Of a stretch of DNA of 64,000 nucleotides, positions 42,655 through 57,539 are shown piece by piece. Position numbers and translations under genes: made by a program. Location of the stretch: positions 19,096,001-19,160,000 of the forward strand of contig OX597843.1 in assembly GCA_951406725.2 (NCBI GenBank), written 5' to 3'. Origin of the DNA: Octopus vulgaris (taxonomy: Eukaryota). Position 1 is the first letter of the stretch. Every line of letters starts with the position of its first letter. The notes under the pieces were generated by a model, which was not told the origin of the DNA, made no database searches, and saw only the letters and a list, made by a program, of their open reading frames with translations.

Positions 42655-42840
42655 CTACAAAATTAGAAAATGGAGAAACATACTTAAATCAATAAAACAT
42701 CAACCATCAGATGATACCCAATCAATACTTTATTACACCATTACATATGAGTAAAGGCATTATACAACATATATAGTAAATATAAATAGACAAGGAAATA
42801 GAAATATAAAATATAAAATATAATATGTAATTATATCATA

Positions 42841-42950
42841 TCTGACAGCTGTTTCGGCAGTAAGGGCAGTCATACCTCATTTAACCTATAAGCCATAAAG
42901 GCAGGTATAAATGAGGCATTAACCAGGATGCCCCACGGCCTCTTCAGAGA
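42841..42950 (-). ncRNA. type I hammerhead ribozyme with an extended stem II
   Basis: - strand TCT-CTGAAGA-GGC..GCC-GAAAC-AGCT-GTC-AGA; canonical GUC site; palindromic ACAGCTGT; stem II extended by GGGCA/TGCCC and CCTCATTTA/TAAATGAGG. Confidence 0.85.
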
Positions 42951-44486
42951 ATTTAATTTGTTATAATTGTGAAAAAAATTATGAAAAAATTATTTTTCCA
43001 TATACATATAAATATAAAAATATAAAAATGTAAAATATAAAAACTTGAAGAAAATGGAAAAGCATAGATAGAATAATCAATATATTTATTATAAAAGTCA
43101 ATTCATGTTGCGTACGCGCCTTTTGGTTTATTACTTAAATGCATATTTATGCAATTAAATTGCTTTATGAATTTGAGAAAAGCAAAAGCCTTCATCAGGG
43201 ACAAAGCTTACTGCTATCAGGGCAAACATTGACTGTTATATTTTCCATCCTAACGGATGGAGAGTTCATTCCAACTGAATTGTAGCACGTATGTCTTAGA
43301 TTCTGTTCTAATAATAGCTAGAGGTTGATGCTGACCTCACTGAACAAGGGGTAGGTATAGTTCAGAAGAACTAGGTTATGTTACTATTCACCCTTTTTGG
43401 TGGTGCTAATCAACTTTTTGCAAGCTAGCCATTATCTTCATCCCTGTTCAGCTCTTTCTAACTGTATTTATAGAAGAAACTGTAATTACAAAATCATTAC
43501 ACTTGAAGTTATGGATTGAATATTGATCTATTTAACTGCTACAAAAAGGTGAAACAAAACCCGAAAAAAAACAACTCCCGCTTTGAAGTGCTCTCTCGAG
43601 AAGAGAGTATTCTCTACCAAAGTAAAAAAAAACCCACCAGATATAATACTAAAAGCTTTTAACGAAATTGGGGATGTCTATTTACAGCAGTGTAATGAGC
43701 CCTCATTCTGGCAGATTAACACCTATCTATATGCTCTGTCTACTACTGCAAAGTAGTACATGAATGAGATTCAAAAAGGGAACAAAACTGAAACAACAAT
43801 GAAATATAGTCATGAGGGGATATATACATATCCCCTGATGGGCTTCCTTCAGTTTCTATCTACCAAATCCACTTACCAGACTTTAGTCGGCCTAAGGTTA
43901 TAATAGAAAATAGTTGCTCTAGTTGTGATGCAGTTGGATTGAACCTGGAACCATGTGCTTGAGACTGAAGCTCCTTACCACACAGCCACGCCTGTTTATA
44001 AATTTATTATTTCGTTCATTATTTCTCAACTTTATTTGTTCCAATGAGTGTTCTGCGACCATGCTGGGGCAACGTCTTGAACAGTTTTGCTTGAATGTAT
44101 GTAGCGTAACACTTAATTTATTTTGTAAGTGTTGTACTTCTTGGTTCGGTGTCTATTGTCAAACTGCTAGGTCCTGGCACGGAAGCAAAACAAGCGCAAT
44201 GCTCATGTGGCAATCAAGGAAACGGTACAAAGTCACACACGTACAAATACAAATACACACGCAAACAAACGTACACACACACTCACACACACACACACAC
44301 TCACTCTCACACACACACTCACACACACACTCACACACACTCACTCTCACACACACACACTCACACACACTCACTCTCACATAATACACACTCACACTCA
44401 CACACACACTCATACACACACACACTCATACACACACACACACACACTCACTCTCACACACTCACTCACACACACACACACACTCA

Positions 44487-44521
<35 letters not shown>

Positions 44522-45299
44522 TCTCACACACACACTCACACACACTCACACATATGCGACGATCTTCCACATAGTTTCCTTCTATCATTTCCATTTCAGG
44601 GCATTGGGAAATCCGGAGCTATCAAACATCTGAACCACAAAGATCAATCTGCATCTATTTGTTAATTATATAATTGTTATGGAGTTATTAATCTAAATTA
44701 TTAAATAATCTTGGTATACAGGGACAGGTTAAGAAACATCTCCAAGAATAGTTGTCTTGTACCTGAGTTCACATGATGCTAAAAATAACAGTGAGTCGTT
44801 CACAAACTTGTCTTCTATTTCATACCAGATTGAAGGACACTGTAAGAAAAATTCCTGTTTTTTATATTTATTGCCTTTCTTGAATATCGAAACAGAATAC
44901 GGGAACCATCAAATTTACTTTGATTTACATTTTCCAAAGCGAAGGATACTTACGGCATACTTAGAAAAGAAATAGACATAATGGTGGTATGACAAAGCTA
45001 GAAGCAGCAACCAATAGCCTTCATGTCTCTGTAGTTTTTCATATAAAAAATTGAAGGACAGTTTACGAAGCATTTATCAAGTATTGTCCATTATATGGTC
45101 TGGGATTATGCTAGAGATAGAAACGAAGCATCGTGATATATTTTTAAATAGAAAAGTGAAAGACATTTTAAGAAACGTCTATGAAAAAATTGTTACCAAC
45201 ACATTATTTACATACATACATATGCACACGCACACACACATACACACAGACAGAGATAGACATACAGACAGACAGAGGCACACACACACATCTGTATAG

Positions 45300-45630
45300 C
45301 CTGGTATTCTTTTACTGATTTCAGTTGTCTGACTGCGGCCATGCTGAAGGGTTTTAATAGAACAAAACCATCCAAGGACAACATTTTATAAACCAATCGA
45401 TCTCTTTTTGCCGCACCGCTAACAAACGGAGACGTAAATACATCAACACCGGTTGATTTATACTTGTACATACTTCGGGCTTCTTTCAGTTTCCATCTAC
45501 CAAATCCGTTCACAAGGCTTTGGTCGGTCCAACCGTATAGTAAAGGAAACTTTACAATATTACCGTGCAGTCGGATTGAACCCGGAACCATGTGGTTGGA
45601 AAACACACTTCTTTTATCTCACAGCCACAC
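45300..45630 (-). mobile_element. tRNA-derived SINE, diverged
   Basis: reverse complement of the 29477-type head, body and tail. Confidence 0.7.
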
Positions 45631-46179
45631 CTGTATACACATTCATTCCATCGTATTAATCTCTCTCTCTCTCTCATCTCTCTCATGCTGTCTCTATCTC
45701 TCTCTTTCTCTCCCCTCTCTCTCGTTCTATCCCACTCTCAGCCCCTCTCGCCTCTCCCCCCTCTCTCTAACCTTGTTGTATATTACAGAATCATTCTAGC
45801 TTTCGTATTTCCTCTCTACCTCCCACTCTCACTCCATCTTCTCTTTCTTCCTTACTCCCCTTGCCTCTTCATTATATATCACTCTATCGCATCGCATTTC
45901 TTCCTCGCTTTTATAAGGCAAATTACTTAGAGTTACCTCCCTTAACTTCCAAATCTTAATTCGTACTATTTTTTACTTACTTCACTCATTACACTGTGGC
46001 CATGTTGGGGCACTGCCTTGGAAGAAATTTTAGTCGACCGAATCGACCCCAGTACTTCTTATTTTTTATTTTATTTTTGCTTAGCCTCGTACTTATTTTA
46101 TCGGTATCTTCCTTCGATCCACGAAATTGGTAAATACCCCGACACCAGGTTGTCAAGCGGTAGTAGGGTAGAGACACTA

Positions 46180-46213
<34 letters not shown>

Positions 46214-46391
46214 ATGCCTCACCCTACGACGTTGGTTGGTTGGTTCGAAAAGCAACTTCAGTTGAAATAACAATTATTTAAATGTATGTACAAATAATAA
46301 TTAAAGCCTACACAGGTCTTTTTTTGGGTTTTGTTAGCCTATGAATGCGCTAAACTGTATGTATATATGTATGTATATATACATAAATATA

Positions 46392-46437
<46 letters not shown>

Positions 46438-47139
46438 TATGTATATATATATGTATATATATACATATTTATACATATATATTTATGTGTGTATATATAT
46501 ATGTGTATGTATATATATATATATATATATATATACATAAATATATATATATATGTATGTATATATATATACATATATATATACATATATATATATATAC
46601 ATAAATATATATATATATACATTAATATATATATACATATATGTATATTTTGTTATGTATATGGGTGATGAGTATATGTGTGAGTGTGTGTGTGTGCGCG
46701 CGCGCGCACGTGTAGTATGAGTGTGTCTTTGTAAGTGTGCATGTATGTATGTATAACTATATGTGTATGCGTGTCTGTGTCTGTTCCCAACCACCGCTTC
46801 ATAAACGGCGTTGGTGTATTTACGTCGCATGACGTAGTAATTCGACAAAATACACTGATGTAATAATCACAAGGCCTAGCAAAAAGAAAGGAAGGTTGGA
46901 TTTGGGCGAATAAAATTTCTTTGACACGGTGCCCCAGCATGAGCGCAGTAATATAACTGAAATAAATAAATATGTACTTTTTAAAAACATAAGATTGGAT
47001 GAAAATAATTTCCTGCAAGATTTTAAGCAGGGGACAGGAACTTTACGGAAAGATATTAAAGAAAACGATTATAGTCAATATTTTATTATTTTTGTAAAAC
47101 TTGAATTGTTTCTGAAAGACTATTTAAAGACAAACATTT

Positions 47140-48290
47140 TACAAGACAAACAGAAAAGCATTGAGGCACCAAAAATAATCGATAGATTTCGTCCCCTTTG
47201 TCCGGTTCTCACCAGAGAAGCAGAGGTCGATGAATCGTGTGCGGACGTACACAATGTTATATCCAATATTGTTGTCATTCAAGGGGGAATAGTAACATAT
47301 TCCCGCCATTGTATGACAATATCTTGTGTGACAAGGGATGGTGGGAGAAATGATGTTCATTGCCCATCATCTGTCACCGATATCACCAGAATCGGACGAG
47401 ACACAGTTCTAGCCAGTCTTCCATTTAAGAAAACGATTCTTTTTATCAATCCCACAAATTTTAAAATTAAAAAAACTTCAATTAGGTTTTTTTCCTGGTA
47501 TCATATTTACGACATTCTACATTTATAGGTGTAGACATGTTTGATAAGACCATATACCTTATTGATTGGGATGATAATACAATTAGAAAACAATACATAG
47601 TCAAAGAGGTACCAGCAGATATTGCTGTAGGACCACTGAGTAAAATTTTAATAGCATTTTCCAACATTAGCAAAGTATCCTGTTATAATTTGGATGGCCA
47701 TCAGTTATTTGAAGTAGACATCCATTCTCTGTACCTAGCAACCAACATCACCGTGTACCAAAACAATTTTTATGTCCTCCAGGGACATATTATTTATAGA
47801 ATTTCAGGTACAGGTGCTGTTTCAAAGAGGGAAATTGGCAGGAAATGCCGGTATATTTCCGTTGGAAGAAATACAATTTTCTTGACCGATTATTTCGGGG
47901 TTCCTCATGCTATTGGAACAAATGAAGACTTTTGGCCCCGTCTGTCACACTGCCCATGTTTCAACAACTCTATTTATATTGAGGATTGCTATAATATGGC
48001 ACAAATTCTACCTCTGTCAACATCTTCTATATTAATAATCGACAGGAATAAGAAAGCTATAATATTCAATGATACTGGAGAAATAATTAGCAAAAATAAT
48101 TTAACTTTTGTCTCCCATCCTTTTCTCATTTGCAGATTAAACTCAAACACATTTCTAGTCTTTTATCGCGAAATGAAAGGACTTCAGTGTATCACCTGTC
48201 CTGAACTAACCATGTAATTATCCGTCACTAAATCCAGAGGAAATTTTGCGAAGTTGAATGGAGGAAATTCTTTCAAAGTTTCACTTCTCT
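47140..48290 (+). pseudogene. beta-propeller (NHL/TolB-like) coding remnant with a frameshift and stops
   Basis: two long non-repetitive ORFs in different frames (46929..47528 and 47537..48217) with PxDIAV, VSCYNLDG and IFLTDY strand patterns; joined by a frameshift near the T run at about 47490; boundaries approximate. Confidence 0.6.
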
Positions 48291-48334
48291 GAAGCATATT
48301 TGCAGGTACAAGTTGATGAGGAATGTTCAAAATT

Positions 48335-50130
48335 ATTGACAATAAATACCCATAAAGTGTTGTATAAATTTAATTGACTTCTTCCGTTTGATATAAACGT
48401 AGCACTAGGCATTTCCCAACACGTTATGGACACAATGCTCGCAGGTTCGGATTTCGATATAGCTTACCTTGACGATATACTCATGAAAATGTGAATCTCG
48501 GAGTCAGCATACTGGGCATGTTAAAAAGGTCTTCGAAAAGATAAAAGATTATGGGTCTAAGCTCAGCGAGGGAAAGTGTGAATCATTTATGCCAAGAATA
48601 TAATATCTAGGGCAGATTATCGATAAAAATAGACGTAGACCAGACTCGTGAAAGCCGAGTGCAATATAGAATATGCCTCACCCGACAAACATTACAACGT
48701 TGCAAGCATTGGGGTGGGGCTCGCAAATTACTACCAGGTACACATAGCGTATATGCATGATTTGAGAGCACCGCTGAATAACTTGTTAAGTAGAACTGGT
48801 CGGACAAATGCCAAAATGATTTTAAGCAAGTTAAAAGCATCTTAACGTCAGAATTGTTTTTATCACGTTTTGACCCGAATTTAGAAATGGTAGTGGCATC
48901 AAATGCTAGTAAAATTTGGTATTTGAGCTGTAATTTTACACAAATATGATGATGGTATCGTGAAAGCTGTAGCTCATGCTTTGCGTTCCTTATTTCCGGC
49001 TGAGAAAAGTTAGAGTCAAATAGAGAAAGAAACATGAGCCATGAAATTTGCGGTAAAGAAGTTCCATGAATTTATACATGGAAGACGATTCCGTCTGCAG
49101 ACAGACCACTGCCAATTATTGTCAATCTATGGATCAAAAAAGAGTATTCCCACACATACAGCCCACAGACTGCAGCAGTGGGGAACGATCCTGCTGAATT
49201 CAAGATGGAGTATTTTCCATCTAAAAAACTGGGACATGCAGATGGTTTGTCGAGGCCAAAAGACACACTGATAGCGGTGTTAAGAGCCGAGAATGAAATA
49301 AAACAAAGTATATTTTGTAAGGTTGTGCGTGAATTGCCTGTCACATTGAAAGAAATAAGAATTAAAATAGAGACGGACAAGTTAATGGTGAAAATGACAA
49401 AATAGTGAAATCAGAAGAAACAAGAAAAAGTGTGGCTGGACGTAACACAGTTTCGAAACTGTATTCGATATGTGATAAGGTGCTTATGTATTGCACAAAG
49501 GGCCGTAATGTCTGCCTGAATACAAAATCAAATGTTAAAGGATTTCCACACTGGATATCCAAGAATTTCTAGGATGAAAACGCTTATGAGGAGCTATGTT
49601 TACGGCCGAAAATGTATCAAGATATTGAGAAGTTGGTAAAATCCTGCAAAGGGTGTGCTCTTGCAGCAAAATCACCAGCCATATAATTTCAACCTTGGCC
49701 CAAGACCGATATTCCATAGACCAGGTTGCACAGATTCCGCAGGACCGTTAAACCGATCATATTATCTAATAGTGGTTGATAACTTTACAAAATGGTCAGA
49801 AATGTTTAAATGTAGAGAAACGACCTCCACGGTAAAGTGGAATTTTTACACGAACGTTTTGCTAAGTCAGGTGTTCCGTATATCCGTCGTCTCCGATAAC
49901 GGTACAGAATTTGCGGCGAATGAATATAAGAATTTTTGCAAGATGTACTCAATTGAACATATGACTATTCCTCCGTATCATCCAAGGTCGATCGGACAAG
50001 CTGAACGCTTTATGGGAACTTTCGAAAGGGTACTAAAGAAATCCAGAAATGAGTTGGTGGATGATGTAGCATTGACACAATTCCTGAGAGTTTGTCGTGT
50101 AATATCTTTTCAGGCAAGTAGTCTGCGGAA
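48335..50130 (+). mobile_element. Gypsy LTR retrotransposon pol remnant (RT-RNase H-integrase)
   Basis: AYLDDIL; SQIEKE..FAVKKFHEFIHGRRFRLQTDH; integrase DSAGP, VVSDNGTEF, PYHPRSIGQAERF; many stops. Confidence 0.92.
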
Positions 50131-50673
50131 CTGATGTATGTCGATAGAGAGCAATTAAAGGAAGCAATTGGCAAATAAACAGCACGAATTTGTTCTAGAT
50201 GGAAAGGACGTTGGATGAAACGTGTGGCTTGAGAAGGGGACAACTCTTCGCAGGAAATGAAATACCGGATTGATACGCATTGTAGTTTTCTTGTTATAGT
50301 CCGGCTACTTCTTGATCATAACTTGTTCAGTAAGTTAGGGAGAAAGAAAGAGACGAGAGGAGTAGCAAGAGAGACGCGGAATGATAAGGGTAGAAATATG
50401 ATGAGGGGCAGAGAGAAAAGGAGAAAGAGAAAAAGTCGAATGATAGAGAGAGAGAGAGGAGGGGGAGAGAGAGAGGGGAGGGGGAGAGAATATGATAATA
50501 CAAAAAGAGTTAAGAAAGAAATTCCGCCGAGTTGACTTTTCCTTTCATCCTTTCGGAATCGATAAATTAAGTACCAGTGGCGTACTGGGGTCGATCTAAT
50601 CGACTGGCCCCCTTCCCCAAAATTTTGAGCCTTGTGCCTAGGATAGAAAACTATAATATATAGGATGGCGCAA

Positions 50674-50706
<33 letters not shown>

Positions 50707-50788
50707 AAGAGGGGGACGGAGTCAGACACAGAGAGACAAAAATAGAGAACGTGGGAGAGATAAAAGCAGAATGGTGTATATGCTTTCT

Positions 50789-50821
<33 letters not shown>

Positions 50822-51954
50822 TATGATTTGAGAAAGAAACCGGATTAGGCGGTGTTATATAATGAGGTAGGAGAAAGAGAAAAAGAGAGAGAGGAGGGAA
50901 AGAGTAGGAGAAAGGGAGAGATAAGGGGACAAATGGAGATAGAGAGAGAGACAAAGGAAGAAATGCAGCGAGGTGATGCATGCATAGATTCATAAATACA
51001 TACATACGCACATATATATATATACATATGTAATTATTGTACTAATGAGTATATGTCAATTAGTGCGTTGATGTGTTGAGTAAAGCACTGGCACAGTTTG
51101 GGGCTACCTGGTGTCATCCGCATTTGGGGTATATTTCCGTTGGATCTACTTCAGGAATTCCACAGAGTTAGTTGAGATAATAATCGATTAATGAAACAGA
51201 AGAAGGATTTGGTATTAGTTTTTATTTTGTATGATGATTGTTTCCACCCATCCCGCGACTGACCCCTGCGGGTGTGGGATGCTGCGCATCATATTGTGTT
51301 ACATCAATTCCCACCAAAAATATTTAGTTCAGGCAATCATGTTATTTGCCCGCTTCATTAGGGAATCCGACTTTGCTACGATTGTCCTTATCCTATTCAT
51401 AAACAATAATTGTAAAGAATTGTAAATGCAAACGTATAAACTATTGGAAAGGAAAGAAAATATACAAGAGAAAGTATTTGGGAAAGAAACAGAGATAGGG
51501 TGAGACCCGTAAGAGAAGGATTAGACAGCATTAAGTTTAAAGGGAGGGAGGGGTATTATACTTGCTAATAGGGAGTGGTGTGTACACAGGCACAAATACA
51601 CGCACACAATCCTCACAAAGACGTAGACACCCACGTTCACCCTGATCCACGTAGGCCGTAAACTCTTACAGTCCTACGGTTTATGACAGTAAAGATCTGT
51701 CATCACGGTTACTTTAAGATCTAGGGAGATGTCGTTTGAGAGACTGTTTGGCGTATGTTTTATGTCTAGCACGCTGGGGTACAGATTCAGCCATCAGGCG
51801 ACCAGACACACCCGTACGTTTACTAGTAAATATATACATATATGTGCACACTTGTAGTGGCGTACGTACACACACACGCACGCACACACACACACACACA
51901 CACGCAGACACACACATACATACACACACACACACGCACACGCACGCACGTACA

Positions 51955-52003
<49 letters not shown>

Positions 52004-53035
52004 GCCGACGCTGGTGATTACTCTGATCACGGCGGAAAGAAGGTCGAAGTTTCGGGTCGGCTGCAAAGACGGAGACGGATGCGTGTACTTCTCGAAGAAC
52101 TATTCCTAGAAGGCGCTTCACCCGAAGGTTGCAGCCGTCTTCTCCGCCGTTTGACTTTGCTCCTTGGCCAATGTATCGAGTTTGTTCCTCCACTCAATCG
52201 TCACGGTTAACTGCTGCAGACGATGTTGCCTCGGTGGAAGGCGTGGTCGATCGCTTGTGTCGAAGGATAAGACTAAAATCGCTGCCTCGTACGGCACAGC
52301 CCCTACATCCTGTGGAACCGTGTCTCGTAAAGTGGATCGTGTGGCTTCCCAGACGACACTCAAAAACATTCCTGTGTGTAGTCGCTCTGCTGAGCAGGAC
52401 TCTGGACGCCAAATCGAGTCGCCAAATGCATGCGATCGTTTTGCTCATTTGGTCTTCGAAAGAACGGCTAAGTGGCCCTGAATCTGCATTATTTATCATC
52501 TAAAATCGAAGAGCACGTCAAGAAGCATCTGTAAAGTATTATCCTCTATGTGGTCTCACATTATGCTAGAAATAACAGCCAAGTATATTCAAGTAAAATG
52601 AAGGATAGTTTTAGTAACTCTCTCCCTCTCTCTCACTCTTTCTCCTCTCCTCTCTCTCTCCCTCTCTCTCTCATTAGCAACCTCATCGTAAGGTCAAGAG
52701 TTCGATACATGGTGACGCGTTGTGTCCCTAAGAGAAATCACTTTATTTCACATTGCCCCAGTCCACTCAGCTGACAAAAAGGAATTGTACCTGTAATACA
52801 AACGGGGCCAGCGTTGTCAAATTCTGTGTCACGCTGAAAATTCTTGAGAACTACGTTAAGAGTACACGTGTCTGTGGAGTACTCAGCCACTTGCACGATA
52901 ATTTCACGAGCAACAGGCTGTTCTGTGGATTGCATCAACTGGAAACCTAGTCGTCGTCACCGACGGAGTACCAGCTACAACGACAACAACAAAAATAGTA
53001 AATATAAATAATAAATATAAATATATGTACGTGTT

Positions 53036-53089
<54 letters not shown>

Positions 53090-53173
53090 AGGAAGTCGGT
53101 AGACGATCAACGGCAGATGTCTGTCACTGTAAATGCGAATGTATGTATGTGTGTATGTTTGAATGTATGTATA

Positions 53174-53205
<32 letters not shown>

Positions 53206-53723
53206 CATATGTATGTATGTGTGTATGTAGTTAGGTAGTACGTACGCATGTATGTATGTATGTATGTATGTATGTATGTATGTATGTATGTATGTATGTC
53301 TGTACGTATGTGTGTGTGTATGTATGTATGTGTATGCACACATACTCCCACTTTCGCACGTACATACACAAAAGCATTTGCATTGAAGCGAGCGGAACAA
53401 TTATTCTGGATAAAAGAAAATATTCTAAGACGATAGACACCTAGGTTACAAGAACAGACACAGATGGAGACACGGATCCACACATATAAAGATGCACATC
53501 CATACATACAAACATGGTACATAGTTGCATAACACACACACACACACACACATACGCGCGCGCATGCATACACAAAGAGACGGAGGTGCATACATATACA
53601 AACACATGCTCACAGACACATACATATATACACATGCATACACACACATATATACATACACACACATACAAACACACGTACATGCATACATGTATAGGCA
53701 CACACCCACACATATTTTCAAGC

Positions 53724-53928
53724 TTCAGCCCAGAGCTGCGGCCATGCTGAGGCACCGCCGTTTGGCGAAAGAGTACAACAGGGGTCTCCGCCATCCTCTT
53801 CCGGAGCCTCGTGGGGCTTTCAGGGGTTTTCGCTCAATAAATACACACAACGCCCGGTCACGGAATCGAAACCGCGATCCTCCGACCGCGAGTCCGCTGC
53901 CATAACCACTGGGCCATTGCGCCTCCAC
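53724..53928 (-). mobile_element. tRNA-derived SINE with a CR1-like 3' tail
   Basis: A box TGGCCCAGTGG, B box GGTTTCGATTCC; tail aaacggcggtg..cagcatggccgcagctctgggctgaa matches the CR1 3' end at 60127-60165. Confidence 0.85.
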
Positions 53929-54459
53929 ATGCGCACTAACAAACAAAAGGGAACGCAGTCGAGATTTTACCGGTGAGTCTGTGAAATTATGAAGAAAATG
54001 ACTCTCCCCAGACACAACGGAATTCTAAGACGAGTTTTGGTGTAAAGGGAAACTACTCTCATTGTTATATATTAAGAATTATCTCCCTTGCCGAGGAAAA
54101 TTTAAGACGTATGGAAGGCTTAAGATGTAGGAATTAACCACTGCAGACAATATCGAACTCCTGCAGACATGCAGACACGCATATATCGATTTGCATATGT
54201 CCAAGCATATATATATCCACATCCTGTGATCGTGATCACGTGACTGACCGGAAAATCGAATGTTTGTATTCATCGTTCGGCCACAATGTACTTGGCGTCG
54301 TTTTGACTTTCCAATGCTGCCACTCCGCCGGATGCGAGAGGGAGCCACCATCTCACCCTCATTGGAAGGCTATTCCGTGGCAGGGTGGATATTTTACGGC
54401 TGAGTGGACTGGAGCAACGTGAAGTATAGGGCCTTGCTCGTCTATACTTGCATGAGTGC

Positions 54460-54499
<40 letters not shown>

Positions 54500-54505
54500 A
54501 TAAAT

Positions 54506-54563
<58 letters not shown>

Positions 54564-54622
54564 GTATGTATATATCTATACATACATATACATACATGCA
54601 TACATATATAGATACATATATG

Positions 54623-54678
<56 letters not shown>

Positions 54679-54913
54679 TATATTAGAGATAAAACGACTA
54701 TTAGGCAACTGAAACAGAGATAGACATAAACCAAAACATAAAAAATAAATATAATTAATATAATATATAATATATATATAAAATATAAAATTTTAAATAT
54801 AAATTACAATTTTAAATTTTTATATTTAAAAATTTTTAAATTGTTAAACTTAAAATTTTTTTTTAAATAACTAACGAAAAAGTATGAAAAAGTTGAATTA
54901 AATATAATAAGTA

Positions 54914-54975
<62 letters not shown>

Positions 54976-55347
54976 GTATATATATATTCTTTTATTCTTT
55001 TACCTGTTTCAGTCATTTGACTGCGGCCATACTGGAGTACCGCCTTCAATGGATTTAGTCGAACAAATCATCCCCAAGTGTTATTTTTTAAGCCAAGTAA
55101 CATATTCTATAGATTTCTCTATTGATGAAATGCTAATATACAGGGATGTAACCGACCCAACAGCGGCTGCCAAGTGGTTGTAGGGCGACAAACAGGGACA
55201 CAAACGCACACAAGCATATGTATGTGGGTGTATGTGAGTGTGTTAAATAATAAGGCACAGAAAGGGAATGACACTCCCCAGACATAACAAAATATGCTTC
55301 AACACACGAACTCACATAAAGAATCTTGAAAACCAAATCTCAAAAGG

Positions 55348-55390
<43 letters not shown>

Positions 55391-55405
55391 ACATGCATAT
55401 ACATA

Positions 55406-55830
55406 GGCGCAGGAGTGTGTGGTAAGTAGCTTGCTTCCAACCATATGGTTCCGGGTTCAGTCCAACTGCGGGCACCTTGGGCAAGTATCTTCTTGTATAG
55501 CCTCGGGCTATTGTAGAAGACCTGGTAGACGGAAAGTGAAAGTGGCCCGTCGTATATATATATATATGTATATATATCTGTGTGTATGTGTGTATGTGTG
55601 TGTGTGCATGTGTGTGGGGGTTATGTGTGTGTGTGTGTGTGTGTGTTTGTTTCCCCCGATATTGCTTGACAACCGATGCTTGTGTGTTTACATAAGCGGT
55701 TCGAAAAAAGGGACCGATACAATAAGTACTAGGCTCACAAAGAATAAGATCTGGGATCGATTTGCTCGACTAAAGGCAGTGCTCCAGTATGGTCAGGTTC
55801 AAATGACTGAGACAAATAAAACAATAAAAG
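55406..55830 (+). mobile_element. tRNA-derived SINE, diverged
   Basis: same family as 29477; further pieces near 14050-14270, 43840-43995(-), 56290-56560 and 56890-57070(-). Confidence 0.75.
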
Positions 55831-57120
55831 ATACCTGTGTGTGTGTGTGGACGACGGGCTTCTCACAGTTTCCCCCTACCAAACCCACTCACAAGGCTTC
55901 AGGAGGCTTTAGTTGGGCCGAGGCTATAATATATAGCACGTGCCTAAGTTTATTTTATTTTTATTTTTTTGTGTTTTTGTAATGTATAACTTGTGTATAT
56001 ATGAATTGATTGTCTAAGTATGTATCTGAGAGTCGGTTGTCACAAAATGACCCTGGTTGAAGGCTATTTATGTGGAAAATATTCCCGGTTCGAGTATATT
56101 TCATCATCTGTACCTTACGACCCATTAATGACTTCGGATAGTCTAGATTGTTTATGGGTATATGACCCTTTCTTCCATATAGTGTTATAAACCCATAAAT
56201 AAAAATGGTCATGAGCGCAAAAAGGGTTATAAGCCCCTAAAATAAAAACAAAAGTAAACTTGGTCACGAGTCTCCTACCACTATAGCCTCGGGTCGACCA
56301 AAGCCTCGTCAGTGGATTTGGTAGATGGAAACTAAATGAAGCCTGTCGAATATTGTGGGTGTATGTGTCTCTGTGTGCGCGCGTGCGCATGTATGTGTGT
56401 GTGTGTGCAGGCGCGTATCTGCAGGTGTGTGTGTTTTTGTTTCTGTGTCTGTCTCTCCCCCCCCCCATCACCACCTGACAACCGGTGTTGGTGTTCAGCA
56501 AAGTGACTCATGCAATAATTACTAGATTAAAAAAATATCCTGGGGTTGATTGGTTCGACTAAAAGCTTAAAACTTCTCTGATCGTCACCGAGGTGAGGAA
56601 GCCAAAACATATTCGTTTCGAGTCAAAGCCTAAATGTTAAATTTTAGATTAAACTGCACCTGAAGAAAGCGTCTTTTTTTTCATGATGTAATTGATTTGT
56701 TTTCCAATAGAAAAACACATCTGAAACAATTGTAGTGAATCTTATCCTATTTATGTTCTTAATTAGTTTATACCGTAGCTGGAAACTTCCTTTCATTGAA
56801 TCGAGAACTTACGGTCGATCGTGAAATTGAATGCCGGAATGCATATATATATAAATATATATGTGTGTGTGTGTGTGTGTGTGTTTGTTTCAGTCATTTG
56901 ACTGCAGCCATGCTGGAGCACTGCCTTTAGTCGAGCAAATCGACTCCAGGACTTATTCTCTGTAAGCCTAGTACTTATTCTATCGTTCTCTTTTGCCGAA
57001 CTGCTAAGATACGGGGACGTAAACACACCAGCATCGGTTGTCAAGCGATGTTGGGGGTACAAACACAGACACACAAACATATACACACACATACATACAT
57101 ACATACATACATGCATACAT

Positions 57121-57151
<31 letters not shown>

Positions 57152-57156
57152 ATACA

Positions 57157-57189
<33 letters not shown>

Positions 57190-57369
57190 GTATATATGTG
57201 TGTGAGTGTGTGTGTGCGTGTACATATATACATACGTATAAATAAATATATATGCATATATATATACAAACATACAGATATGTATACATACATACAAATA
57301 CATATATATATGTATAGATGCATGCATATACATATGTATGAATATATATACGCATATATATATACATAC

Positions 57370-57414
<45 letters not shown>

Positions 57415-57539
57415 TACATAAATATATATCTACACATAGTGACGTATACGTATGCTCGTCAGTACGCGAGCGCACATGTGAGCGTTGGAGTAGCCATGCT
57501 TACGTGTTTACTATGAACTTTTAGAAAATTTAGAAAATT

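Noticed and set aside
53855-53928. tRNA gene
   Set aside because: A and B boxes are present but continue into a SINE body and LINE-derived tail, with no clean acceptor stem
55961-56270. 83-aa ORF or possible mitochondrial insertion
   Set aside because: No recognisable protein or mitochondrial motif in any frame examined
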